In this document: positions 1 to 9,320 of the stretch, piece after piece
Position numbering within the stretch: position 1 is the stretch's first letter
How the letters are laid out: the number at the start of each line of letters is the position of its first letter
Source: Gammaproteobacteria bacterium
Lineage (GTDB): Bacteria; Pseudomonadota; Gammaproteobacteria; UBA4575
Direction of reading: 5' to 3'
DNA: 64,000 bases
Assembly (NCBI GenBank): GCA_014075255.1
Contig: CP046178.1
Coordinates: forward strand, 705,616 to 769,615
Translations under genes and position numbers: made by a program
The notes under the pieces: generated by a model
What the model saw: only the letters and a program-made list of their open reading frames with translations
What the model was told of the DNA's origin: nothing
Database searches by the model: none

Positions 1-3
1 GCA

Positions 4-195
4 ATGAAACGGCAAAAAAATCCTTGCATTGATGTGTGTGAGTTCACTGGCCCCAAAGGATGGTGCATAGGTTGCGGTCGAACTCAGCAGGAATGTGATA
101 AATGGAAGACGATGAAGCCCTATGCAAGAAATACCCTTGATAAAGAACTTCAAAGAAGAATGTCCAAGATTAAATCTCTTTTTAATGCTCCATAA
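4..195 (+). CDS. DUF1289-family small Cys-rich protein (CxxC...CxGCxRT motif)
   Basis: 63-aa ORF with 'PCIDVCEF..GWCIGCGRT..EC' pattern typical of DUF1289 proteins. It is truncated at the window edge only by a few bases, if at all. Confidence 0.55.
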   Translation: MKRQKNPCIDVCEFTGPKGWCIGCGRTQQECDKWKTMKPYARNTLDKELQRRMSKIKSLFNAP

Positions 196-350
196 TCAAA
201 AAACACTGCACAAGACAAAGTACTGCTAGTACCCCTATTTATATAGGTTATCAAAGGCGTTTTGCTCGCTTTCAGGATGGTTTGTTTCGAACCTTTTGTT
301 TATTATCGGCAATATAATCAAAAACATGCAAATACTTAGGGCTACTTAAA

Positions 351-1721
351 ATGACGAATGAACTAATCTCGCCTCTTTCCGCACTTAGACGTCTTATCGA
401 ATCCAAACAGATGGAAAAATCTGATGTCGATTTTATTAACGATAAAGACTATGTCTGGTCTCCTCATAATAAAATTATCAACGTAACCCCAGGTCCTGCT
501 TTTGGGTCTGAATTGGTGACTCAATTTTCATCCAACCAAACAAGAGGCATGCGTGGCCCAGGTGTGGCGAAGTATTTTGCATCGGTTCGTGAGGACTACG
601 CAAAAATGGTGGATATGCAAGAAGGCGGTAGAGCGTTGTTTTATACCGGTTCAGGAACCTCTGCAACTGAAGCTGCTGCAGGCTCTTGCCAGACACCGGA
701 TGAAGTAGGTTCGGACAAGAAAGTGATCATCACATTAGAGATTGGCGCTTTCAGTAATGCCATGGGTAATTGCGTTGAAAACTTAGGTAGAGGTGTGGTT
801 CGCATTAATGGTGAACTGGGTGAAGACCTACCTTTTGCTAAGTGCAGAGAAGTGTTGGAAAAAGACACGAATCATGACATTAAGATGGTGATGGCACCGC
901 ACAATGAAACCGGTGCTGGTGTGACAACAGACCCTAAGAAGTTACGTGACTTATTAGATGAACTAAAACACCCTGCGCTGGTTTTTATTGACGGTATTTC
1001 TTCTATCGGCAGCATGCCGTGCTCGATGACTAAAATGGGCATCGACATGCTAGTGGGCTGTAGCCAAAAAGGTATGATGGGTACCCCTAGTATCGGAATG
1101 ATTACCCTCAGCCCTAAAGCAGTACAAAGAATTCAAGAGTCTGAAAAACAGATGGCAGATGCGGGAGTTAAGAAAGGCCAACATTACCTTAACCTTGGCA
1201 AAATGATTGAAGCCATGGATAGCCTGGGTTTACATATTGAAACCCCGAGTAATTACTCACAATTCGCGGTGGCATTGGATTCGATTGCGATCGAAGGCAT
1301 TGATCGCGTTTGCGATCGTCACAGAGAGTGTTCTGAAGTGTACCGTGCTGCAGTTCAGGCTGCAGGATTTGATTTAGTAACCAAAGATAACAGTTTGGCA
1401 TCGAATGCAGTAACCGCTATTCGAGCACCAGAAGGTCATGGCGAGAAAGACATTATGAACGTCCTCATGATTATGTATTACAAACACGCGGTAGAAGCGG
1501 CAGCCATTCCTGGTTATCCAGATATGGGTTGGCGACTTTGCGCAACAGGCGGAATTCAACCTCAACATGCGTTGATGGCTTCAATCGCTTTCTTGAAAGC
1601 AGCTGAAGAAGCAGGATTACCAATTGATGCTGACAAAGGTATCGCTGCGGGTTCTAAGAAGTATGCAGAAGTGGTTCAGTATCATCGCCCTCTTCCTGGA
1701 ATTGATGTATACGGAAGATAA
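351..1721 (+). CDS. Class V (AGXT-like) PLP-dependent aminotransferase
   Basis: 456-aa ORF. The central 'GCSQKGMMGTPSIG' resembles the PLP-lysine region of serine-pyruvate/alanine-glyoxylate-type aminotransferases. Confidence 0.6.
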   Translation: MTNELISPLSALRRLIESKQMEKSDVDFINDKDYVWSPHNKIINVTPGPAFGSELVTQFSSNQTRGMRGPGVAKYFASVREDYAKMVDMQEGGRALFYTGSGTSATEAAAGSCQTPDEVGSDKKVIITLEIGAFSNAMGNCVENLGRGVVRINGELGEDLPFAKCREVLEKDTNHDIKMVMAPHNETGAGVTTDPKKLRDLLDELKHPALVFIDGISSIGSMPCSMTKMGIDMLVGCSQKGMMGTPSIGMITLSPKAVQRIQESEKQMADAGVKKGQHYLNLGKMIEAMDSLGLHIETPSNYSQFAVALDSIAIEGIDRVCDRHRECSEVYRAAVQAAGFDLVTKDNSLASNAVTAIRAPEGHGEKDIMNVLMIMYYKHAVEAAAIPGYPDMGWRLCATGGIQPQHALMASIAFLKAAEEAGLPIDADKGIAAGSKKYAEVVQYHRPLPGIDVYGR

Positions 1722-1922
1722 GTCTGTTAAAAAATATTGAAGAAACAGAAGAAAGGACTCTAATACATTAACTAAAGTGCATTAGCTAAAGAAAGTTCTT
1801 CCTTCAAATACACTTCCCAAAACATCCAGTAGATCATCCAGTAAAATCTAAATTCTTTAGATTTTACTGGATATATAAACCGTTATTTATCCCACTTCAT
1901 TCAGTCTGGCTATTTGTTATCA

Positions 1923-1939
1923 TTGTTATATTATAACAA
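1923..1939. promoter_or_regulatory. Zur box (TTGTTATA-T-TATAACAA), 7 bp upstream of the start codon at 1946
   Basis: Perfect 7-1-7 inverted repeat TGTTATA/TATAACA. It matches the gammaproteobacterial Zur consensus GAAATGTTATAwTATAACATTTC. Confidence 0.7.
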
Positions 1940-1945
1940 TAGAAT

Positions 1946-2269
1946 ATGAAGCCATTTAAGCCACAAAAATTAGTCATAGCTTATTTTCTGCTTGCGTTAG
2001 TGAGCTCTCAATTCTTGCTGGCTCAACATAGTGCTGATCATCTAGATTCAACTAGCCACTCTCAACAAGATAATGAAAAAAATGAAAGTGATATTTGCCA
2101 GTTTTGCGTTACCGCAAAAAATCTAGAGCAAGATTTTATAATCCATAGCGAATTACTTTTCTCGACCCCATCATTTAAGAAAGTTTATTTATGCTCTCTA
2201 AAGTATTCTAGCCGTACAACCTGTAGCAAACCTTTTCAATCTCAGGCCCCTCCTGCACAGTTCTCTTAA
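1946..2269 (+). CDS. Small secreted protein with conserved CQFC (CxxC) motif; Zur-regulated leader gene of a zinc-uptake operon (possibly DUF2946-like)
   Basis: 107-aa ORF with an N-terminal signal peptide, His/Asp/Glu-rich segment and 'ICQFCV'. It has a paralog at 5805..6128 and a Zur box immediately upstream. Confidence 0.6.
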   Translation: MKPFKPQKLVIAYFLLALVSSQFLLAQHSADHLDSTSHSQQDNEKNESDICQFCVTAKNLEQDFIIHSELLFSTPSFKKVYLCSLKYSSRTTCSKPFQSQAPPAQFS

Positions 2270-2423
2270 AACTACGAATTAATAAGCCTTAATGTAAGGA
2301 CAGCAATACTCGCATTATTGTGCCGAATAACAGGCTTTGTGGTCGATGCTATAAACACCAGTAATCACCACTTCTCTGGACTTTATCAAATCACTATTAC
2401 AGTGAATTTGAAGGATCAAGATT

Positions 2424-3056
2424 ATGCAAATAACACCAAAAGCACTACTAACTATTTTTTTATTTTTACCCATCGTCACAATTTATGCTTCTGAAGATCA
2501 ACATTCTCACGATGAAGAAAGTATGTTTGAAGAGCATAGCGCTCATGAACATGGTCATGCTTCTTCACAAATTACGTTTATCAACCACACACTCAATCTA
2601 GCATTATCACTACCCTCGATTGATATATTTGGCTTTGAACATGAACCTCACAATGAAAAAGAACATGAAATCATCACTCAATCACAAGCTATCCTTAAGA
2701 ATGCGGATAACATAATTTCCATACATCCTAATAACGAATGTGAACTTAAATCTATTAGCTTGGAAAGCAGCATAATTGATTCTGTAAATGAAAATGATAA
2801 AGATCACAATGATCATGAGTCAGATGAACACCATGATGCCGAATCACATGACGAAGAAGAACACAATGATGAAGAACATAGCGACGTATCGCTCCACTAT
2901 GTTTACAGCTGCTCACAAGACAACCTAGAATCAATAGAATACAAAATATTTGATCACTTCCCCACAATTGAAGAAATTGAAGTACAGTTTGTTTCAAATG
3001 AGACTCAGAATCTATTTACTGCAACACCAAAATCTCGCGCTCTATCATTTAAATAA
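2424..3056 (+). CDS. Histidine-rich periplasmic zinc-binding protein, ZrgA-like (DUF2796-like)
   Basis: Signal peptide. Multiple H/E/D clusters (HSHDEE, HEHGH, HNDHESDEHHDAESHDEEEHNDEEH). The position matches the Vibrio zrgABCDE arrangement. Confidence 0.55.
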   Translation: MQITPKALLTIFLFLPIVTIYASEDQHSHDEESMFEEHSAHEHGHASSQITFINHTLNLALSLPSIDIFGFEHEPHNEKEHEIITQSQAILKNADNIISIHPNNECELKSISLESSIIDSVNENDKDHNDHESDEHHDAESHDEEEHNDEEHSDVSLHYVYSCSQDNLESIEYKIFDHFPTIEEIEVQFVSNETQNLFTATPKSRALSFK

Positions 3057-3091
3057 CAAAATCTAATCCATTACCTTCAATAAATTACTTT

Positions 3092-3796
3092 ATGTCACAA
3101 GATTGTATTCAGTTATCAAACGTTGAGTTTTGTTGGGGCAATAACCAACCATCATTATTCAATATTGAGTCACTGACGCTTAGAAAAGCAGAAAAGTTAT
3201 TTATTCACGGCCCGAGTGGCTGTGGAAAAACAACTTTATTGAATCTGATCTCTGGAGTCCTCATGCCTACTCGAGGAGATATTTTAGTTTTAGGGAATAA
3301 CATGTTTTCCCAAAAACAAAAGTTAAGAGATCAGTATCGAGCAGATCATATGGGAATTATATTTCAACAGTTTAATTTAATTCCCTATCTCAATGTATTA
3401 GAAAATATCACTCTTCCCTGCCTATTTTCATGGCGCAGACGAGAAATGCTTTCCATACAAAAACGTAGCTCTACTGATGAGGCATTAAGATTATTAGCGG
3501 CGCTTGGTTTAAAAGACAAAGATATTATCTTTAAAAATGTAACAGAGTTAAGTGCTGGCCAACAACAACGTGTAGCGGCAGCACGTGCATTAATCGGTTC
3601 TCCTGAAATTATTATTGCAGACGAACCCACATCTGCTTTGGATCAGGACGCTAAACAGGGCTTTTTAGAACTGCTGTTTGATGAAGCGAAGAAAAGTAAC
3701 AGCGCATTGTTATTTGTTAGCCATGATCTAACTTTATCAAATTTATTTGATCGCTCGGTATCATTAAATGAATTTCGCTCTGTGGAAAACGCATGA
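3092..3796 (+). CDS. ABC transporter ATP-binding protein (LolD/FtsE-like; ZrgB-like)
   Basis: Walker A 'GPSGCGKTT', ABC signature 'LSAGQQQRVAAARAL', Walker B 'IIIADEPTSALD'. There is an ATGA overlap with the next gene. Confidence 0.85.
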   Translation: MSQDCIQLSNVEFCWGNNQPSLFNIESLTLRKAEKLFIHGPSGCGKTTLLNLISGVLMPTRGDILVLGNNMFSQKQKLRDQYRADHMGIIFQQFNLIPYLNVLENITLPCLFSWRRREMLSIQKRSSTDEALRLLAALGLKDKDIIFKNVTELSAGQQQRVAAARALIGSPEIIIADEPTSALDQDAKQGFLELLFDEAKKSNSALLFVSHDLTLSNLFDRSVSLNEFRSVENA

Positions 3797-5061
3797 ATAT
3801 CAAGATTTTCCTACTAGCTTTAAAAAGTCTCCGCTTTCGTAAACTTTCAATAGGTTTAACTATTTTCTCACTAGCCATCAGCGTTGTGTTACTTCTAGGG
3901 GTAGATATCATACGCGTACAAGCTAAGGAGAAGTTTGCTAACACTATTAGCGGTACAGACTTGATTGTTGGCTCACGTAGTGGTTCTACACAACTATTGC
4001 TATACAGCATCTTTCATTTAGGTAATGCAACAAACAATGTTTCCTGGGAAAGCTACAACAAGATCATAAGTCATCCACGAGTAAATTGGAGCATCCCTAT
4101 TTCCTTGGGTGATTCACACAAAGGCTACCGTGTAGTTGGAACTACAACAGATATATTTCAATATTATCGATATAGCAAACGTCATAAATTAACGTTCTCA
4201 AGCGGCCAAGAGTTTTCAGGGATTTTTGGTGCAGTTCTTGGTGCAGAAGTTGCCAAAAAACTTGACTACCAACTTGATGAGAAAATTATTCTTGCGCATG
4301 GCATGGGTAATGTAAGTTTTGCCGAACATAAAAACCTACCTTTTACAGTAACAGGAATATTAAAACCTACCGGCACTCCCATTGACCGATCTGTATTGAT
4401 AACGTTAAAAGGATTAGAAGCCGTACATATAGGTTGGGAACAAGGCGTACCTAGTAAAAACGCTATTCAAACAAATGATCTAGAGAAGGATGACGATAGA
4501 CTTCAATCTAAATCCATAACAGCATTTCTACTAGGCCTTAAAAATAAACAAGATATCTTCTCCATACAACGTGGAATAAACAATTATAAATCAGAGCCGT
4601 TACTTGCGATTCTTCCAGGTATTGCACTCATGGAGCTATGGAAAGTGGTTGGAGCAGTAGAAAAAGTAATGCTGATCATTGCAGCACTGGTTGTTGTAAC
4701 GGGTTTGTTAGGGATGTTAGCCATTATATTAACCAACTTAAACGAGCGTCGACGCGAAATTGCAGTGCTGCGTTCTGTTGGAGCTTCACCTAAAACAATA
4801 TTTACACTAATGGTCATTGAATCAGAGATATTGGTGATACTAGGAATATTTTTAGGTTTAATAATTTTGTACTTTTTATTAGCGCTTATTAATCCTATGT
4901 TATTTAATACATATGGCTTAAATATTGAACTTCAATCACCCACCAAGCTCCAATGGATCATGCTACTCATCATCTTATTAGGTGGATTGGTTGCAGCAAT
5001 ATTTCCGGCGATCAGCGCTTATAGGAAAACTTTACAAGACGGGTTAACCATACGAACATGA
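3793..5061 (+). CDS. ABC transporter permease, FtsX/MacB-like (ZrgC-like)
   Basis: One N-terminal TM helix, a large periplasmic domain and three C-terminal TM helices with an FtsX-type layout. It is translationally coupled to flanking genes. Confidence 0.8.
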   Translation: MNIKIFLLALKSLRFRKLSIGLTIFSLAISVVLLLGVDIIRVQAKEKFANTISGTDLIVGSRSGSTQLLLYSIFHLGNATNNVSWESYNKIISHPRVNWSIPISLGDSHKGYRVVGTTTDIFQYYRYSKRHKLTFSSGQEFSGIFGAVLGAEVAKKLDYQLDEKIILAHGMGNVSFAEHKNLPFTVTGILKPTGTPIDRSVLITLKGLEAVHIGWEQGVPSKNAIQTNDLEKDDDRLQSKSITAFLLGLKNKQDIFSIQRGINNYKSEPLLAILPGIALMELWKVVGAVEKVMLIIAALVVVTGLLGMLAIILTNLNERRREIAVLRSVGASPKTIFTLMVIESEILVILGIFLGLIILYFLLALINPMLFNTYGLNIELQSPTKLQWIMLLIILLGGLVAAIFPAISAYRKTLQDGLTIRT

Positions 5062-5651
5062 ATTCATTCAAACATAAACAATACATTTCTTTTGCACTGA
5101 ACATATTGGTGTTCATTTCCATAGCATGCCCAACATTACAGGCAGAAGAAGCTAAAGAGTTAGATTGGGGTGACCTAGCACCAGAGGGTTATTTTGAAAG
5201 CTTGGAGCAAAACCAAAAGTCCACATTAGGTGGATCATTTGATGCTTTTGGTGATGCACTCGGTATTGAAACTTTTGAAGATGATTCTGAAGAAGCGCAG
5301 CAAGCCTATGATGAGTTACAAGTCACGTTACGCTCTGCACCTATTGTTCCTGAGTTAAATGGACAATATGTAAAACTCGCCGGATTCATTGTACCCTTAG
5401 AATATGATTTCGAAAATGGCACCTTTAGTGAATTCCTGTTAGCGCCTTACTTTGGTGCCTGCATACATGTTCCACCACCCCCATCCAATCAAATAGTATA
5501 TGTAAAGTCACCTAAGCCACTAGGTCAGAAATGGTTGGATAATGCCGCCTGGGTGGAAGGTACAATAACAACAGAAAGCGTTAATAGTGACTATGGTTCT
5601 GCTTCATATTCGATGAAAGATGTTCAATTAGATATCTATGATGCTGACTAA
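5058..5651 (+). CDS. DUF3299 domain-containing secreted protein (ZrgD-like)
   Basis: Signal peptide. The 'GACIHVPPPPSNQIV' motif is characteristic of DUF3299. It is the last gene of the Zur-box operon. Confidence 0.6.
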   Translation: MNSFKHKQYISFALNILVFISIACPTLQAEEAKELDWGDLAPEGYFESLEQNQKSTLGGSFDAFGDALGIETFEDDSEEAQQAYDELQVTLRSAPIVPELNGQYVKLAGFIVPLEYDFENGTFSEFLLAPYFGACIHVPPPPSNQIVYVKSPKPLGQKWLDNAAWVEGTITTESVNSDYGSASYSMKDVQLDIYDAD

Positions 5652-5781
5652 GCAGTGTGTATAGCACCGCAATAGAAAACTCGCTTGAAACCCCTATATA
5701 TTTAATACCCATGCGCAGGCTAGGCGCCTAGAAGCTAGGTGCGGTAGTGCGCTAGCTTAGCGAGTATACATCTCAAAATAG

Positions 5782-5798
5782 ATGTTATATTATAACAT
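5782..5798. promoter_or_regulatory. Zur box (ATGTTATA-T-TATAACAT), 7 bp upstream of the start codon at 5805
   Basis: Perfect 17-bp palindrome matching the Zur consensus. It lies at the same position relative to the gene as the first box. Confidence 0.7.
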
Positions 5799-5804
5799 AT
5801 CAAT

Positions 5805-6128
5805 ATGAAGCTATTTAAGCCACAGAAGCTAGTTATAGCTTATTTCCTACTTGCATTAATTAGCAGTCAATTCCTGCTGGCTCAGCATAGTGCAACTCAT
5901 CTTGATTCAGATAATCATTCCCAACACGATGAAGACGATAGTGAAAGTGATATTTGTCAGTTTTGTGTTACTGCAAAAAATCTAGAGCAAGAATTTCTAG
6001 TTCAGTCGCATGTATCTCTTTCAGCATCTACATCAAAACAAAATTCTTTATGTGTATTTGAATACACTCTTCACTCTACTTGTAACAAACCTTTTCACTC
6101 ACAAGCACCTCCTACTCTTTTCTCTTAA
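5805..6128 (+). CDS. Small secreted CxxC protein, paralog of 1946..2269; Zur-regulated leader gene
   Basis: 107-aa ORF with near-identical signal peptide, 'SDICQFCVTAKNLEQ' and C-terminal 'KPF.SQAPP..FS' compared with the first paralog. The nucleotide sequences are about 80% identical. Confidence 0.6.
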   Translation: MKLFKPQKLVIAYFLLALISSQFLLAQHSATHLDSDNHSQHDEDDSESDICQFCVTAKNLEQEFLVQSHVSLSASTSKQNSLCVFEYTLHSTCNKPFHSQAPPTLFS

Positions 6129-6161
6129 AAAACGTTTTAATTAACTTTATGAGGAAAGATT

Positions 6162-7517
6162 ATGTCCAGATTATATTACTGGGCGACTGTCTGTGTGGCA
6201 GTTGCCTTATTTACCTGTAGTCAAAATGTATTTTCAGCTGAAAATACAGATTTGATAAGCTTAAAAAATGAAATAGCTGAAATGCGAAAACTCTATGAGC
6301 AAAAAATTCAGCTCTTAGAAAAGAAAGTAACGTCATTACAGTCACAACAAGAAGAACTTAAAAAGCAAGAACCCGCAGCTCAAGTAGCGCGAGCGCCTGC
6401 AACGAGCCAACGTAGTATTGGCTCAAATGATTTCAATCCATCGATTAGCGCAATTCTGCAAGGAAAATATAATAGTTTTTCTAAACGAAACTCTGAATTT
6501 TCAGGCTTTGCAGTGGGCGAAGAAGGTGAACGATCATCAGAAGGATTCACGCTTGATGAAACCGAAATTAACCTTGCTGCAAGCATTGATGACAAGTTCC
6601 GAGGTAGCTCAACCATTGCACTAGTGCAAGAAGATGGTACACAAGTAGAGCTTGAAGAAGCGTATATCGAAACCATTGGCCTACCCTTTGGTATAAGCGC
6701 TAAAGCGGGAAGGTTTTTTGCATCTCTTGGTTACTTAAATGAACATCACAGCCATGCCGATGATTTTACGGATCGTCCATTACCGTATCGGGTATTTCTA
6801 AATAAGTCATATAACGATGATGGCGTTCAAGCCACATGGATTGCGCCAACAGATTTATACACTGAACTAGGGTTTGGTGTATTTCGCGGCGGTGACTTCC
6901 CTGGTGGTGGTGAAGGTGACTCGAATGTGGGTGCATGGACTGTATTTGCTCGCATTGGTGGCGATATGGGTGACAACTCTGCTTGGCGAATGGGGTTATC
7001 CACTTTACAAGTCGATGACTTAGAACGATCTAGCAATGAAGATGAACTAGAATTTGCCGGCGACAATAAAATGTACATTGTTGATGGTCGTTACATTTGG
7101 GCACCCACCGGAAACAATCGCGAGAAGGAATTAATCCTACAAGCTGAGTATATGCAACGCGATGAAGATGGTATCTATGACGACTTAGCAGCCGGCTCTG
7201 GCCCTGTTTCGTATGACGAAGATCAATCGGGTTGGTATGCGCAAGGCATTTATAAGTTTCACCCACAATGGCGTGTAGGCGCACGCTACAGTCACCTTAA
7301 CCCTGGCGATGTACCTACCGCATTAGTGGGAACCGTGTTGGATGATCAAAATCATGATCCGGAAAGTCTATCCTTAATGGCAGATTGGACGAATAGCGAA
7401 TTTGGTCGTTTGCGTTTGCAATACAACATGGAAGAGCTTGCAGATGATAATCGTGACCATCAGATCACGCTTCAATACATCATGAGTATGGGTGCACATG
7501 CCGCCCACTCTTTTTGA
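6162..7517 (+). CDS. Putative outer-membrane beta-barrel (porin-like) protein with N-terminal coiled coil; Zur-regulated
   Basis: Signal peptide, then a coiled-coil segment (LKNEIAEMRKLYEQKIQLLEKKVTSLQSQQEELKK). The body has alternating amphipathic strands and a terminal Phe, as is typical of OM proteins. The family is not assigned. Confidence 0.45.
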   Translation: MSRLYYWATVCVAVALFTCSQNVFSAENTDLISLKNEIAEMRKLYEQKIQLLEKKVTSLQSQQEELKKQEPAAQVARAPATSQRSIGSNDFNPSISAILQGKYNSFSKRNSEFSGFAVGEEGERSSEGFTLDETEINLAASIDDKFRGSSTIALVQEDGTQVELEEAYIETIGLPFGISAKAGRFFASLGYLNEHHSHADDFTDRPLPYRVFLNKSYNDDGVQATWIAPTDLYTELGFGVFRGGDFPGGGEGDSNVGAWTVFARIGGDMGDNSAWRMGLSTLQVDDLERSSNEDELEFAGDNKMYIVDGRYIWAPTGNNREKELILQAEYMQRDEDGIYDDLAAGSGPVSYDEDQSGWYAQGIYKFHPQWRVGARYSHLNPGDVPTALVGTVLDDQNHDPESLSLMADWTNSEFGRLRLQYNMEELADDNRDHQITLQYIMSMGAHAAHSF

Positions 7518-7525
7518 GGTGAAGT

Positions 7526-8422
7526 ATGAGTAAATATGTATTTTTTCTAATACTATCGTTACTTCCAACGGCTTCTATTGCCAAATTAGACATTTTTGCA
7601 TGCGCTCCTGAATGGGGCGCACTTGCAAAAGAAATTGGTGGTGAAGAAGTTAACGTATTTACGGCATCCAAAGCCTCGCAAGATATTCACCATCTTCGCG
7701 CAAAACCTAGTTTTTTAGCCAAAATGCGTAAAACAGAACTTGTGTTTTGCACCGGTGCATCACTGGAGGCAGGTTGGTTACCGGTTCTCTTACAAAAAGC
7801 AGGAGGCGCTAAAGTGCAAGCCGGTCAAGTGGGTCATCTCCTTGCAAGTGAATATGTAGAAAGACTTGAACAAGCCGAATCAGTAGATCGTTCAATGGGG
7901 GATGTACATGGTGAAGGTAACCCTCACATTCACTTAAACCCACATAACTTAATCTTAATAGCAGATGAACTAGCGGAACGGTTATCGATACTTTCTCCTG
8001 ATAAAGAAAAGTATTTTAATAATAGACTAGAAAACTTTAAGATAAACTGGCAGCAATATATAGAGGACTGGAAACAAAAAGCTCAATCTTTAACGAATAA
8101 ATATGTTGTCGTGTATCACCAAAACTGGATTTATTTACTGAAGTGGTTAAATATAAATCGAGTGACAACGCTTGAACCGGTACCCGGCATGCCCCCACGC
8201 ATTTCTCATTTAGAAAATGTACTTGCATCGGTTAAAAACCAAGACATCACGGCTATATTGTTAACGCCCTACCAACAAAACAAAGCGGCGGCTTGGCTAT
8301 CAGAACATGCAAACATACCTGTGGTTACACTTCCCTATACCGTGGGTGGGAGTAAAAATGTTACAGACTTGAAATCTTTATTTGATGAAACCCTGCAACT
8401 CTTGCTTGAAGCGAGTTCATGA
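7526..8422 (+). CDS. Metal (zinc) ABC transporter substrate-binding protein, ZnuA/TroA-like
   Basis: Signal peptide and a cluster-9 SBP-like sequence. The ATGA overlap with the downstream ZnuB-like permease supports the assignment. Confidence 0.7.
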   Translation: MSKYVFFLILSLLPTASIAKLDIFACAPEWGALAKEIGGEEVNVFTASKASQDIHHLRAKPSFLAKMRKTELVFCTGASLEAGWLPVLLQKAGGAKVQAGQVGHLLASEYVERLEQAESVDRSMGDVHGEGNPHIHLNPHNLILIADELAERLSILSPDKEKYFNNRLENFKINWQQYIEDWKQKAQSLTNKYVVVYHQNWIYLLKWLNINRVTTLEPVPGMPPRISHLENVLASVKNQDITAILLTPYQQNKAAAWLSEHANIPVVTLPYTVGGSKNVTDLKSLFDETLQLLLEASS

Positions 8423-9189
8423 TGATATCTGCTGACTTATTCGTTTTATTACTGCCTGCCTTTGCAGCGGGATGTTTAGTGGCAACCACGCACGTGCCTC
8501 TGGGCCTCGAAGTTTTAAAACGTGGGATTATTTTTATCGATCTAGCCATTGCACAAGTAGCAGCAATGGGTGTTGTGATAGGCCATGTAACTTTCCATAA
8601 TTCAGGCCAGCTTCAATCACTTCTGCTGGCTTTAGTCTTTGCCTTATCAGGCGGTGGATTGTTCGCTTGGCTAGAAGCAAAACAGTTTAAACATTTAGAA
8701 GCCATGATTGGTGCCGTTTTTGTGGTGAGCGCCTCCATTACCATTCTTCTCCTTGCCAAAGACCCTCATGGTATTGAAGCCATGGAAAAACTACTAGCAG
8801 GACAAGTGCTTTGGGTGAAATGGTGGCCAGATTTAATGATTACGTTAATCATTTATGCAATCATTTTACTAATCTGGTTTAAACGAGATACGAACAATTC
8901 ATCTTTATTTTATTTCATATTTCCAATAGTAGTGACTTTTTCAGTTCAGATCGCGGGAATTTATCTAGTGTTTGCTAGCTTGATCTTGCCTGCCATCGCC
9001 ACTTGCCAAATTAACGGGAAAACGAAGTTACTAAGTGGCTACGCGGTAGCATTGATGAGTGTAATTTTAGGTTTAATGAGCGCAGTATTCTTTGACCTAC
9101 CCACAGGACCTGTGATTGTATGCACTTACTTTGCAGTCTCTATGTTGCTGCTTTTAAGTACTTATAAAATTATTATTAAAGTTAAATAG
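8419..9189 (+). CDS. Metal ABC transporter permease, ZnuB-like (ABC-3 family)
   Basis: 256 aa with multiple TM helices and a composition similar to ZnuB/MntB. No cognate ATPase gene is adjacent. Confidence 0.75.
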   Translation: MMISADLFVLLLPAFAAGCLVATTHVPLGLEVLKRGIIFIDLAIAQVAAMGVVIGHVTFHNSGQLQSLLLALVFALSGGGLFAWLEAKQFKHLEAMIGAVFVVSASITILLLAKDPHGIEAMEKLLAGQVLWVKWWPDLMITLIIYAIILLIWFKRDTNNSSLFYFIFPIVVTFSVQIAGIYLVFASLILPAIATCQINGKTKLLSGYAVALMSVILGLMSAVFFDLPTGPVIVCTYFAVSMLLLLSTYKIIIKVK

Positions 9190-9320
9190 AAAACTCGTAT
9201 ATAGAAACAAGGTTAACTAACTAGAAATAACATTATTAGAAAACCTGGTTACAGAGTTAAGTTTCGTACTACCATTTTCTTAATGTCAGGTTCTGGCAAT
9301 ATGAGCTTGTAGCACGATTA

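Noticed and set aside
478-868. Antisense ORFs 478..696 and 641..868 inside the aminotransferase gene
   Set aside because: They are fully embedded in a well-supported coding region on the opposite strand, with no domain signature.
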